This document shows, piece after piece, positions 40,601 to 53,708 of a stretch of DNA of 64,000 nucleotides. Made by a program: the position numbers and the translations under genes. Source of the stretch: Ascidiella aspersa (taxonomy: Eukaryota); NCBI GenBank assembly GCA_963924565.1, contig OZ004612.1:8990001-9054000 (forward strand), written 5' to 3'. The notes under the pieces were generated by a model. It did not search any database. It saw only the letters and a program-made list of their open reading frames with translations, and was not told the DNA's origin. Numbering within the stretch: the stretch's first letter is position 1; every line of letters begins with the position of its first letter.

Positions 40601-42454
40601 CTCGAATGAGGAATTAAGCAACTCATTCTGCTTCTGCGTGTATGCTGCTCTTTGTGTTTGTCCGTAAACACCTGGAGAGTGGAGGTGTGCTTTCTGTTTT
40701 CGCCAAATGCACGCTTCGTTAAATTTTCGGGCGTGCGTTTGCGCATTAGGCCGGCAGTTAAAACCGCCTATTCCGCATCGTTTATTAAATCCCTGAGCCT
40801 AATGGGATTTTTTTGGAAGCTAAGTTTGTTGAAAAACAAGTGATTTTCCCTAAATGAGTAAATGCGTTCATCTTATAGCCATTTTGAGCCGTTAAATTCT
40901 ACATGAGACTTTTGCCCTGTGCTCTTAATGTGTTTCCAAATTCGTGGGCTATGATGCAACTGTTCAATAATAGCGTTGAATGTCATAGGGGAGCTTGTTT
41001 AAATTATTTTTTGGCATTGTTTGTTTAGAAAGCTACCAACTTATGAAAAATACCTTTTTATCACGATTTTATAATTTACGCTGAAATTGAAGACTGATTT
41101 TAGCGACGTTTTTAGGAAACTATATCTTAAAAGCGTATTTTTGTGTTATTTGTGGCCAGATGTATACCAGTAGTTCAGCAAACAACCCTTGATCATTGGC
41201 GATCAAATTTCCTTTTAAAACTCTGAAAACCAATGCCCCTGTGATATGTTGCTCGCATCCTATCAATTGCTCATATCACATGTCGGGTTCCTGTAAACGC
41301 ATGATTCCCTCCACTGTTCGCCGGTTTGCGCTACTCAATGTTGGCTAAAACTCACGAATCGATTTGTTGAATCTCAGCTGGTTTGAGTATTTTTACTATC
41401 CATCGCTTTTTGCCCAGGTGTCGCCTTTCTAAGTATTTTAATTTGATTTATGTGACGTTTCGTACAAATAGGCAGGGTCTTACATTAGCTTTACATACCT
41501 TAATCAAATAGACGTAGAATGAATATCAAAGCCCATACAGAAGCAGGTAGCAAACGTTTTGAGTAATTTGTCATTCATTTTCAACTTGATCGAGAAAGCA
41601 CTTGTCTAATATACTGCAATCTCCCGCCAATATGCTTTTAAGTTAAATAAATTTATTCATGTAATTATACAGTCAAGTTTATTCATTATTATATTTCACA
41701 CACAACAGCCGTGCGCTTTGGTTGTGATTTGACAAACCCAATCTAAATCGAAACGTTCTTGTTTGTCAATCCGGTTTGATTTTTGAAATAATACACACAC
41801 CAGATGCCGCCGTGAATTCGGTCGCTTTTGTGTTAACCTTATTTAAATGGATATTTCGTTTTTACCAAGGCGGTTGGTCTCAACCAACACATGTAAATGC
41901 GCGCGTAGTTTCTCTGCTTGAAATGTCACACATCACCTATAAGAGGATTTTTCGTGTTTTACGAGAACTTACAACCTTGTCTACAAGCAATGCACATTGC
42001 AGAAGCACAGAGTATTTTTGCTTGCAGTCATACAACCAATTTGTTTCAATTTATGGTGTATACTATTCCTTTTTTTATTTTTGGCCTGCTTTTGTTTAAA
42101 TTTGGATTTACTTTTGGTCCTCGGTCTGACTTTCTCAGGTTTAAGATTTCCTAAACTTCTTCACAACTTGTAGATTCATTCGAATTAAAATATACTGGCG
42201 ATGACTTTGTCAGCAAAACATATATATCTTTTAACATATTTAAGTAGTCTCTGACCTGAATTACAAGCTTTGCTAGACTGTTACCGGTCATGAATTAAGG
42301 TCAATGTTCATCTTGCTTGGGTCAAGGTGATTTCCAATGTCACATATTCAGTCCAAGTTGTAGGTTACGTCTTTAACCAGGTCAACTCGTTTAACCCATA
42401 AAACACACAGTGCCTCACCAATTCAAACCTAATTTAACCCTTCTATCCCCACAG

Positions 42455-44345
42455 ACCGCCACTTCTCGCGTATGGTGTACCACTTGAGCTCTGACAGCGA
42501 CTTGCCTTCCCTCTGGACAGTCGAAGCGATGCGATCCATCTGCGAGAGTGAGCGACGACTTCTCTCTGCCCCGATCTACGGCCAGTTCTGCTTTCGTCAC
42601 GAGAACACCACCGGCTGTTGCCCGACCCTATCCCTACCCAACTTCGTCGCCTACCTGGACAAGCTGGGCACTTGCCGGGAAATCACCGGGGGCTCGCTGG
42701 ACCGGGTCGCCGCCCTGATAAGTTCCTGCGCGCCCCACTACTGCGCCGGCGCCCTGGGTCCCGAGTGCTGGGACCGCGGGGTGAACACGTGCCCAGAGCT
42801 TCCCCCCAAGTGCGTGGAAAACAACGCGGCACACGCGATGCTGCATTACCTTATGCCGAAAAGCGCGGCCTGCGCGAATTCCAGCGCCCCGTTCAACCTC
42901 ACCCTTAACTTGCGGCGAACAGCAGTCTTTATGCCAGCCTACAGCCGCTCAAACTTCCTCCCTGTGTACAAGAGCGTTTTCTCCGACCAAAAGCGCCTCA
43001 CAGATGGCGTAACTGAAATCCGCGGCATGCAGTTCGGCCTCAAGGACACGCTATTCTCTGAGCTTCTGTACGGCGAAACGCTTTACCCTGCCATAGCAAT
43101 GGGCTTAGTGCTGTTCATAATCCTGCTCTACACCGGCTCGCTGTTTGTAACAATCACCGGCTGCCTAATCTCGACCAGCGCCATGCTGATCGCCTATTTC
43201 CTCTACACGGTCGTCTTCGACTTCGGCTTCTTTCCCTTTATGAACATCACGGCCGTACTGGTGATGGTCGGACTCTCAGCCGACAACGTACTGGTCTTCC
43301 ACAGCGCCTGGCGCAGTTACGCGGCCGAGGACCGCCGCAAGGTCTGCCCGGGACAACGCCTTGGAAAGGCCGACTACCCGCTTCCCAGTCGCGTCGGCGT
43401 CGTGCTCAAGGCCACAATGGGCCACGTGGCCTGGTCCCTCTTCGTCACCGGCTTCACAACGGCCGCCGCCTTCCTAGCCAACTACGCCAGTTCGGTGACG
43501 GCGATCAAGTGCTTCGGCATGTACACGGGCCTGGCCGTGCTCACCAACCTTTTCCTCACGCTTAGCTGGCTGCCCGCCGCCATGGTGCTTCACCACAAGT
43601 ACCTGCGCTGCTGCACGCCCTGCCTATCCGGGTTTCGAACGCCGCCGCCCGTCGACGAAAAGCGCACAAGCGCGCTCACTTGCCTTGCAACGCGCTTGGC
43701 CAAGATCTCAGCCGCCGCTTCGGACTTGTCGCGGGTCTTTTTCCACCAGATCCAAGTCCTCCTGGTGGTGCGCCTGCGCTACTTCTGGCTAGCGCTTTAC
43801 GTAGCGCTGGCCGCCGGCAGCCTGTACATAGTGCTGCGCGATCCCGGGCTGCGGCTGCCCGACGCAAAGCACTACTTCCGCCACTTTGACGCCGCGCACC
43901 CTTTCGAGCTCTACGCGTCCGACGAGGCGCCGCAGTTCGCCTTCGAAAATGACGCGACGCAGCGCGCCCCGGTCCGCGTCATTTTCGGCGTGCGCGCTTC
44001 GGACGCCGGCGCCGCCACGGACCCGGACCGCTTGGGTCCCCTGGCCTTTCAATCGCGCTTCAACCTAACCGCGCGATCCTCGCAACGCTGGCTCGCTCGC
44101 TTTTGCGCAAACCTACGCTCCGCGCCCTTCTATCGCCAGGCGCCGGTAAGCGAGCGTTTTGCCTTCTGCTTTCTGGAGACCTTCCGCGCCTGGATGAAGT
44201 CGCGCCCGTGCACGCGCTCACGACGCGTCTGTTGCCGGCGCCAGTCTTTCCCTTACGCGCCCCACGTTTTCGAGCTGTGCCTCAAGGAAGCGTTGTACGC
44301 CATGAACGCGCGGATGTCTCTCGATAAGTGGACCGCCGGGCCGAG
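42455..44345 (+). CDS. disp1: Dispatched coding exon 5 (ECD1, sterol-sensing domain TM2-6, TM7, most of ECD2)
   Basis: Contains the 625-aa ORF. ACAG acceptor and AG|GTAAGA donor. Motifs include LW.VEAMRS.C, CCP..SL.N, FFPFMN, GLSADN, TGFTTAAAF.ANY.S and FCFLETF..WM. Confidence 0.97.
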
Positions 44346-45319
44346 GTAAGAGTTTCTTCTGCTTATTTAATCCCTGGCGTCAAAAAAAATATTTGGTTTG
44401 TAACTACATTAGGCGACTGGCATTTGGACTCAAACGATGTCGTTTCGCCAGAATAACCTAACCTTAACATTTTATACCAGTGGTTCTCAACCTATGCATC
44501 GCGACCCCAATTTGTGTCGCCGTATTTAGTTGGGTCGTCGACTGCAGTAGTTCACATCGTTATATTTCTTGAAATTGGTTATATAAGCACGATTTCTCCA
44601 ATACTTAAGAAAATTGCAAAAGCATTAATAAGACATGGCTGATAAGTGATAACCGTTGTTTTGACTCAATTTGGAATAAGTATTTACGCTGCCGTTGGCA
44701 GTGCTTTTGAGCCTTTTTTGCGGCGTCCAAATATTAAGCGTATGTGATGGCAGAGAAACTTAGCAACCCAATTCTTAAGCGAACAAAAAATACGAAATAG
44801 GTTCGAATTTAATTAATGAGCAATGACTTCGTATTGCTTCTTCTTCATTAATTAAAGAAGCCTTAGATTGATTAAAGCTTACCTCATTTAAAACTTTACG
44901 TAATTTTGTTGTAATATAATATAAAAAAAAAAAAAAGGCGAAACATAATCGAACATAGTAATAAAAAATCTTATATTTATTCGAAAAAATCTGAACAGAT
45001 GAGTGATGGTCCTTGTTGTGAAAATAACATATTTTTTCTCGGCTGCGAGTCCCTCATGAAGTTTAGTCTTACAGAAATAATTAGAACTTTGGTGCATAAT
45101 GGCTGGAAGTTGTGCAGTTAGACGTAGACTGAATATGAAAGCTAAGCATTGGTCAGGTTGTGAATGAATCAGAACTATTCGAATTCGAAACGATTCACAA
45201 AATGCCACCTACTTCTATATGGCCTTTGACATACATTGTCCGCCTAAGTAGAACCTTTTTGTCCGTTTTTTTTTATTAATATAAGCTTAAAATGTTTAAA
45301 AACAACGCTCTTGATCCAG

Positions 45320-46196
45320 GTTCGACCAGCACGACAACCTAAGGGCCCTGATCGTCGAAATCCCGACTACGCAGCTCTACACGACCTCATACCAAGAGAT
45401 GGACGACTTCTACACAGCGGTCAGTCGTTTCCTCGCCCCTCTACTCAAGACCGCGCCACTGGGTCTTCATGGGGGGTGGTTCGTGGGCGACTTTCAATTC
45501 TACTCGCTACAAAAAGGCCTCTACGAGGGCACCCTCACCTCCGTGGGACTTTCCCTGCTCGTGGCACAGGGCGTCATACTAGTGACGTCACGCAACCTCG
45601 TCATCGCCGTGTTAGCAAACCTCTCTGTAGCATGCGTCATTTTCGTAACTGCGGCCGCTTTAGTGTTAATGGGCTGGGAGTTGAACGTCCTCGAATCTGT
45701 AACAATCTCCATCGCTGTTGGCCTGGCTGTTGACTTTACGCTGCATTATGCGATTGCATATATCGTGGCGCCATCTAGCGGCGACCGGCAGCAGCGCGTC
45801 GAGTTCGCTGTGTCGCGCATGGGAGCAGCAATCAGCGTGGCTGCGCTCACCACCTTCGTAGCGGGAGCTGGACTGCTTCCGGCCCGTGTGCTCGCCTACA
45901 GTCACTTCGGCGTTTTTCTTATGATCGTAATGGCGGTAAGCTGGATCTACAGCAACTATTTCTTCCTTCCGCTGCTTAGCGTTGTTGGTCCTCAGGGCGG
46001 CTGCGGCGACTTGCGATGCTCGTCGTGCTGCAGCGGCGCTGCGCTGGACAGCGACGAGCACACCACCGTCATGACCGAGACCTCGAGCGTCAAAGTTGTG
46101 TCGTCGACTCCACCTGCCTCTTCGCGTAACCTTGTCATTTCGAGCGTGTCCTCCGTCGCAAATACTGAGATCGTTGAGCGCTCTACCGTCATCTAG
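45320..46196 (+). CDS. disp1: Dispatched coding exon 6 (end of ECD2, TM8-12, C-tail ending ERSTVI*)
   Basis: CCAG acceptor in phase 2 restores GPRFD. Contains GWELNVLES..ISIAVGLAVDF.LHY and AALTTFVAG. The spliced CDS totals 3303 nt (1100 aa plus stop). Confidence 0.97.
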
Positions 46197-46527
46197 CGGC
46201 TATTGGCAAAAATTCGCGGCCCTAAAAAAATTGGTTTATGACCATTGAGGAAAACCTTCTGTTTGTGGGGCGCTTACGGAAATGCACCCACGAACAAAAT
46301 TGCGGGATTACTTTTCAGGGAAGTGCGGATAAGCGCGCTTGGTGAAGGAAGACAAGCGCATTTACTTTACAATCAAAGCATACTGAACAAAACCTCGGCC
46401 GTTTTTTACTTTTCATCGCGTTCAATCCTGAATTCCATGCGCTCTAACAACTCAAATCAATCGCGAACAAAAAAATTAGATTAGGCATCATTTGTATCTT
46501 CGTTTACCTTCGATATGTAGCAACCTG

Positions 46528-46533
46528 AATAAA
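46528..46533 (+). promoter_or_regulatory. Candidate polyadenylation signal for Dispatched (alternative at 47030-47035)
   Basis: AATAAA about 330 nt after the stop codon. Confidence 0.35.
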
Positions 46534-47248
46534 TTTTTTTATCTAGCAAAAGATTATTACTTAAATCGAATTTAACAATACTAGTAATAATAACAGCATC
46601 GACACGAGGCCTCAGTTTTTTTTCTAGAAAATCCACTTTCTGTCAGCCTTGTATTACATTCCAACGTCATGCTTGCTGGTTTAAAGTTATCCCCATAAGT
46701 TTATATATTATTTGAAGAAAAGTTTATGTAGCGCTGTTAAACAGCTTGTGAACTTTGCTATCTGAACTGGAAAATTCTCCTAAAACGCATGGCATTTTGG
46801 CTGCGGACCCTGATACGTAAACATTTGTAAGTCACGTCGAACTTTTTCAGACCATTCTTAAACCAATGATTACTAAGCCGAAATGAAAGACCAACTGATC
46901 TCAAAAACTTCATGGCTCCAATCAATGTTATTTATAGCATAGCTACCTTTTTTGTGACCTCCGATATTCAGCTCGATCGAAACCAGCAGTTTTTTTTCCT
47001 TTTTTTTTTCTTTTTGTTTCTCTCTGTGCAATAAAGCGTTACCATTTTTGTTAAGATGCGCCACCTATATTTTATTACCATCGTGTGTTTTTGTGCACTG
47101 TCATCATTGTCTATCGTTTTTTTTTCGCGGACGTGTTTTTTCGTTTTGACGCCCAATACACAGAGAAAGAGGCGTGAAAAGTTTTGCAGTAATTTGAATA
47201 TTTCTACTTTAAAACCTAAGGTTAACCTTCCTATTTTTGTTTTGAAAT

Positions 47249-47611
47249 GGCTGTGGAGTCGGTTAAAAATAACCCGAGTCCGACTCCGGGCAAATGTAAG
47301 ATTTTGTCGAGTCCCGAGTCCAGCTCTGACTCTACAGCCTGTATTTTACCCATTCACGCAACTAAATTAAGGTGGATTTTCTGCAATCCACTCATATTGG
47401 TATCATAATTGATCCACCCGCATTACATAGTTTAAAAATATTTCACCATTTGCTATTACACTTTTACAGCTTACATTTTCCGCCTTAACAGTTTTAAAAT
47501 TAGATACTGCGCATGCGCACATCGGACTCGTTTTTTACGTGGTGTTACTCGATTCCGACTCCGGCAAAACAAACGGACTTCGTCGAGTCCGACTCCGACT
47601 ACGCAGCCCTG
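47249..47611. mobile_element. Two GAGTCG/CGACTC-repeat MITE remnants (about 47249-47341 and 47517-47611); a related copy at about 1853-1948
   Basis: GGCTG.GGAGTCGG...GACTC..CAGCC(C)TG termini with repeated CCGACTC motifs. Confidence 0.6.
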
Positions 47612-48624
47612 GTTTTGGATGTAAAACAGTTGCTCCAAAATCAGGTACGGCATTATAGTTTGTCTTTCAAGGAACGTGTATAGTTCATGAATAAGTTTAT
47701 TCAAAGGGTTCCTGTCATAAGTTTTCAGCTTTTTTTAAACGCAAAGAGTTTCTTCCACATGAAGCCTTTCAAAAAGAAGAAAAATACATTATTTTTTAAA
47801 AGCTACTTTCAACCTAGGCTGAATACCACAACGAAAAACTACAATTTTTCAGAATATTTATTTTAACGCGTTTAACAGCAGACTTTAAGCAAAATAAAAA
47901 CAACTATTGCAGTGAATCTAACAAAATTTGATTATAGTCACAATAAATTTAGGACTCTTAGCGAATATGAACATTCAAAAAAGGTGACAAAACACGTTGG
48001 TAATTACGATTTAGACACGTTTTTTTGGACTATTTAGCCACTTTTAATTAGGTTACTAGTATTGTAATTTAAATTTGTTCTTTATAAGAAGATAATATCA
48101 ACAACAAATTCTTTTAAATAGAAAAACAACTCTATTGTTTTTTCAGCAGTTCGAATATTAACATGCTATCGAATCGCATTGCCTGTGAATCAGTGTCACA
48201 TGCACCGTCGTGTATAAAGAACAAAATAAAAAATCGAGCGCGAGAACTAGATACAAAATGAAACAAAAACAGCGAAGTTCACGATATTAAAAATGCGTTA
48301 ATGCGTCTCACGGCAAAGAAAAAAAAAAGAGGATTGTAAAAATGAATTTGTCAACATTGATTAGAAATCATATAACTTACGTTACGAAACCCAACAAATC
48401 CTTAACAGTGAAATTTCTTAGGCTTCATCATCAAAGGGTATTTCCTTGTGTTTTTTAAAACAGTTTTTAGCCAGTGCAGCTCACTTTTGACCACTTATAC
48501 TTACTCCCACAAAACCTATTGACAAAGGCTCAACGCTGGGCTTTTGACTCGGTCTGTTTACACCTCTACAGTCAAGTTAGCTGCGGGCTGCGTTCCGACA
48601 AATAATACAGTGTGTTGTGTCCTC

Positions 48625-48744
48625 CTACAGGTATATCCTGTCCACATGCCGATCGACCGGCTGTGCAGTCGTTGTTTTGACACTCTTGCCCAACGGTGGC
48701 TCGTTACAGTGTTCGTGCGCCACTCGAATGTGCCTTATGTTGGT
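48625..48744 (-). CDS. SH2-pseudokinase terminal exon (TNIRHIRVAHEHCNEPPLGKSVKTTTAQPVDRHVDRIYL*)
   Basis: GACAG acceptor, phase 0, 40 codons ending in TAG. Confidence 0.7.
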   Translation of the reverse strand, partial: TNIRHIRVAHEHCNEPPLGKSVKTTTAQPVDRHVDRIYL

Positions 48745-49766
48745 CTGTCAATTGGAAATAATGAACCGTTAATTAAAGAACTTTCGCCTAAAACCAAACT
48801 CTCTTTCTTATCGGTTTATTTTTCGATACTTTTAGTTGCTTCGTAACTACTTCGTCTAAATTTGAAATGTTAGTAAAAGTATGCTTCACGTGTGGAATTT
48901 TTTACCAACAACTCGAGAGGATTTTGTAAAAATAAATTATGTCAGTTTTTGGGGTTCTCAAAAAACCTGTGAGTGAAATACGAAGAAATTGACCATATAC
49001 GGTACTTTAAGTTCCCACTCATAAGAGCGCTGTCTTAAGTTATTTGGGTCGACGCAAAAAATAGTCCAGTAACACGGACTTATGTTCAAGTTATGGCGAT
49101 TTTCACCAAGAGACGTCAAGGCGCAGTCCAAGTTATTGACTTATTTGCCAATGGCCATTGGTATGAATAAACCTTAAAATATATTTGGTAAACTCAATAG
49201 ATTTGGAGCATCACTTGGCATCACAAATCAGCCAAAGCGAAACATAGAGAAAGCGAATTGTTTTACGGGTAAAACATAAATAAACTGATTTCGCCTTTTG
49301 GTTAAGCGACTTAAACTCAAGTTACGACATATATTACGAGGTCAAGTGGTCGAAAACACCAACCACCAGTGTCGTATGACTTAAAGTCAATGAGTGCACT
49401 TAAGTCACTGTTTTGAAACAACTGACTTAAGTCCTTTTAAGTGTAATGACTTGACTTGGATTTAATTAAATATGTCAAATTATATATATATTTTTAATTG
49501 AACAGAAATACATTTATTTTTAGGTTTCAACTTTTAAAATTTTTCTAACTTGTTGGATTGAATACTATTTAGGACTAGGTAAACTGACTATTCGCTTTAT
49601 TTTCGTCAAATAATACAAGAGATCTAATGAAATGATATTTTTTTTAGTTAGGACTCGACCTGTTTATTGTTGAAAAAACGACTTCAGAGTTATTTTTAAA
49701 ACGACTTAACTGCCACTTAAGTCATTGCAAACAGACTGAGGAGGTTAAATCACCACACACACTCAC

Positions 49767-49912
49767 AATAACTTTCTTGAACGTCGGTCTTTCAGTGGGC
49801 TCGTGGCGCCAGCACTTTTGCATCAAGTTGTAAATCGACTCGGGAAGGCCGGCCTGTCTCCCTGGTCGCATTCCGTCCTGTACGGCGCCCAGAATGCTTG
49901 GAAGTAGGATGT
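49767..49912 (-). CDS. SH2-pseudokinase exon, kinase subdomains X-XI (ILLPSILGAVQDGMRPGRQAGLPESIYNLMQKCWRHEPTERPTFKKVI)
   Basis: TTTAG acceptor and GTGAGT donor; tyrosine-kinase Y.LM..CW...P..RPTF signature. Confidence 0.92.
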
Positions 49913-51503
49913 CTAAAACGAATTGATATAAGTCATTTTGGCGAAAACAATTCGTTTTTTTACATGTGGCCAGGGGTAGATCTAAAGGTGTGTGTGGGGG
50001 GGGTGTCCATGTCCCCCCGAAAATGTATTTTTTTGCCCATTTTAGGTAAGCAAATACAAACAATTTTAGCGTTTCGCGCGAATTTAGTTATGTTTCTAGA
50101 ATGCATTCTTAGTCCATTTTAAGAAAATCATTTTAGCCCATGTGCGTCGTGCGTCCTATCGCACCCTCGAAAATAAAAGTTTTAAAACGATATAAAGACG
50201 TTATGCGCTTTGCGGTTCCATCACAGCGTTGAAACTTTTATAACGAAAGTAACACCTGTCCAATCTAAAACTTTAACAAAGCGAATCAAATCTGGGTGCT
50301 TTTAAGGTTATTTTATGACGTCGCATTTAGCTGTAACTTTGCGACGTCACATTTTGACTAGAGTTTGTAACGTAAAATTTTGGCGTAACTTTGAGACGTC
50401 TTTTCGGACAAAAAGGTATGACCACCCACAAAAAAAAATTGCCAGATCCGTGTGGGTATGCAAATGTAAGCACACACAGACAGAAGGCCACTGAAACGTT
50501 AAACCGTAAGGAAGGGATTTAATTTACGACAGGAGGCCGTAACCTTATGCCAGCGTTCGTCATTTTTGCATAAATTATTGGCTTGCTGATAGGAGAAGGA
50601 GGACCTTAGTATACAGATAAATGTATATACATAAACAAAAATTTAAACATAGGAATGCAGTAAAGGAATAAACCCAGCATTGAAACTTATAAATGAGCAA
50701 AAGTCTCTAAAGGTTATTTTACAGTCATATAATTTGTGATGCATTGGACCTAATGTGAAATTGAATATACCTTTCATATTTTATATCCCGTATAAATAAA
50801 AGCCCTGTTCAAAACAATAAAGGGCGCTAATCGCACAATATATTACTGTCGATGATTTACATTGGGGTTTGTGGGTTTGTGAGTTGTTTAAATTGCATAT
50901 CACAATCAGGGAAGGTTTGCTTGTCAGACTAACGTAACGCAAACCACACAAATTCGTGTGGGGTTTATTGCCTCTCTGAACATGGCGGCCACAAAATGCG
51001 GTAGTATTGTAATAAGCTTTTATTTCAAGGCTGCACGACTGCACGATTTGAGAAATAGGACTGAGTACAGGCCGATTTGTCGACTCGAATGTTTGCCTGT
51101 TTGCTGGGACCATTTGTCGTGCTTACCGGGAACAGCAAAGCATTTATTTTTATGAAGCCCAAGTATTTTAAAGTCATTCGGTGGGTTAACATCATGTTAA
51201 ATCCACATTGTAAACAAATAAAGGATTTCGGGCAAGGCATTAAACCAATTATGTTAAACGAAAAATAATTTAGTTTGTACAAATCGTCACGACAAAAATC
51301 TAGAAATATAGCATTGTGCTGACGTTATGGTTAAACTCGCATTGAAGGATATAATTTTGCTAAAACATATTCGCGAAGTTTTAGAAAAAAATAGTCTTAA
51401 TTTTCAACACCAGTTATGTGCTCATATAACGCAAAAACTCGATTTGGAAATAAACGAGAATAATGTTTGAAACAAGACAAGTAACTTTTGGAAGAGAATT
51501 TAC

Positions 51504-51644
51504 CTGCAAACGGCAATTCCCCTTTTGTGAAGAGTTCGTAAAGGAAAAACGCAAACGACCAAACGTCAGAAGCTGTCGAGAATCGACCAAACGATAAACC
51601 CTCCGTCGCCATCCAGCGGTACATGGACTTTTCGTACTGCTCGT
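51504..51644 (-). CDS. SH2-pseudokinase exon, subdomains VIII-IX (EQYEKSMYRWMATEGLSFGRFSTASDVWSFAFFLYELFTKGELPFA)
   Basis: Canonical splice sites, phase 1-1; RWMA.E and SDVWSF motifs. Confidence 0.93.
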
Positions 51645-52223
51645 CTAAAATACAGAAAAGCAATATTTTCTGTTTGTGAGCTTTCGCGGCAATTTCATTT
51701 TTTTTACCGACAAGTGATCTTTCATCTTTGTTATACTTTTGGTTCCTTTCAACAAAGTTTGCAATCTTCAGTGTTATAACATTGCATTAAATTGGCTAAT
51801 CAGCTTTCAGAATTAGCCGCGTATAGTTTCAGTAATTTAACTGAATTTATGCGAAATTAGCGAGTGGTGCATTTTCTTTAGCAAATTTACCGCGAAACTG
51901 GCTTATGCTGACCAACAAGCAGCCCGCTATACCGTAGCATAATAACTGCAGGGATTTTGTGGATAAGAAAACGCAAACAAACGTTTCAAACAAAAAATTG
52001 ATCAAAAAATTCGCCCAATCTTATCGATTACTGCCGACAAGCCATAAATTGAAATGACGATGTCTAAATGAGGCACCAAAATAACACTTGGAAAATCCCG
52101 AACGGTATAACAATGTCACATGGGGGCATTTAACCTCTGGTGCGTCGATCAGGGCAATCGATGCAACCAACTTATATAGCCGTACAACTTTGCAAATAAA
52201 ACAAAACACGCTTTAAAACGGAC

Positions 52224-52380
52224 CTGACTTTGCGAAGTAGAAACCGTTCTCGTTAAGGCTTTCCGCGTAACTGAAGCCAGTCAGTTTTGCATTGAGGTCG
52301 TTGTCCACCAGCAGGTTGGCAGCTCGTACGTTGCGGTGGACGAACCGCATAGACGATATGTAGTCCAGGGCAGACGCCAG
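52224..52380 (-). CDS. SH2-pseudokinase exon, subdomains VIa-VII (LASALDYISSMRFVHRNVRAANLLVDNDLNAKLTGFSYAESLNENGFYFAKS)
   Basis: TACAG acceptor and G|GTCCGT donor, phase 0-1. Catalytic loop reads HRNVRAAN and the DFG position reads GFS. Confidence 0.92.
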
Positions 52381-53708
52381 CTGTAATAGGTAAAATGCAA
52401 AAACTTATTTTGTTTTGAAAATCAGTAGCGCACCAGTTTCCCGAAGGAAGATAGGTGTTAAGTTATGGTGGGGCGTGGATTCAAAACGTGTTTAAAATTT
52501 AACTAACGAAAAGAAGTATCTTGTAGAATGAGGATTAACAAACATTTTTAAAACAGATAAAAAGTAATCAAAAGTCAAAGTGTTGCATTCCTTGTTGAAG
52601 TGTGTAAAACCAAACTTTAAAGGCAGATTAAAAAGTTTAAAGAACTAATATAATGTTGCATTCTTTGTGGATGTGGACTAAAGGAATAAAAAACAAGTTA
52701 TGTCAAGGGGAAAATTCCGGTGCGGCATTCCCCAAGTCTTCGCAAATCGAGTAAGCTCGTAAAATATATTTATACCTCGCTAAATACGTCACGGTATTGT
52801 TACCGGAATGCAACAGCTTCTCATTAAAGTGATTACCAGTGATTTACTGAAGGCGAGGAGCACGACATGCAACTATTTTTATCATTTTAAAATAAAAAGG
52901 CCAATGTTGGTGTGTTAACGGACGAATTTATGTAGTGGAACACTTGTAAACTAAACTATTTATCGACTTTGAATGAAGGCTTAATATATTTTAAGTTATT
53001 ACACAGTGAACATACAAATCGTTAAAACCTCAAAAATATTGCGAACTTAAGCTATAGTAATAAAGAAATAACGTTTAATTTTGCGATACTTCCGGATCCG
53101 TCTTGAATTGGTCATATAACAGCATGCTGGTCAATAACATATTTGACTTTTAATAAAAAAGCGAAGCAGCTTAAAATTTGCCTGTTAGCCAAAGCGTCAG
53201 CCAGACATATTTTAAACACCATTTACGAGTTCCTTGACGGTTGACGACATAAAATGTACAGGAAAATTTAGGAACGGTAAAGCTAAACACATTTGTGTTT
53301 GGTCAACACTACGTGACTTTAAGCATGCTACTGTGGTTTTGTTGTACTTCCCACGCGATGTTTATCGCCGAGACACCATCTGGTAACCCGGTCGAGTGTG
53401 TATTTTGTTTTGGAAACGGTGAATGGTGCAAATCTTTTAAGGTTTTTATTTTAACGGAACGTTTATTTTGCGAAAAAACAACAATTTTGTAATGTGTTTT
53501 AAAATATCTGTTTTCTGTATCAAATTAGGGAACGTGGCTTTAATATTTTGTTTTGCCCTTAGAGCTATCACCACTTACAAAAAATATAGAAACGTTAAAA
53601 AAAGCAATGGCTTAAAAGTTGTCAGACAAGCATGGCAAAACTCTTGCCAGATTTTTTGGCGCTTGTGAATAGAAATGAAGTCTAAATTAGAACGTCAATT
53701 TTCCTAAC

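Noticed and set aside
42455-46196. Patched, NPC1 or DISP2/DISP3 identity
   Set aside because: GFE.RGT, DW.F...FCD.P, FFPFMN, GPRFD and GWELNVLES are Dispatched motifs. Retention of the TM4 and TM10 Asp residues favours DISP1-like, although no tree was computed.
50420-50428. Perfect Gli consensus GACCACCCA about 4 kb downstream of Dispatched
   Set aside because: It is a single site lying in what looks like the decayed end of an inverted-repeat element (about 49971-50450), with no cluster of sites.
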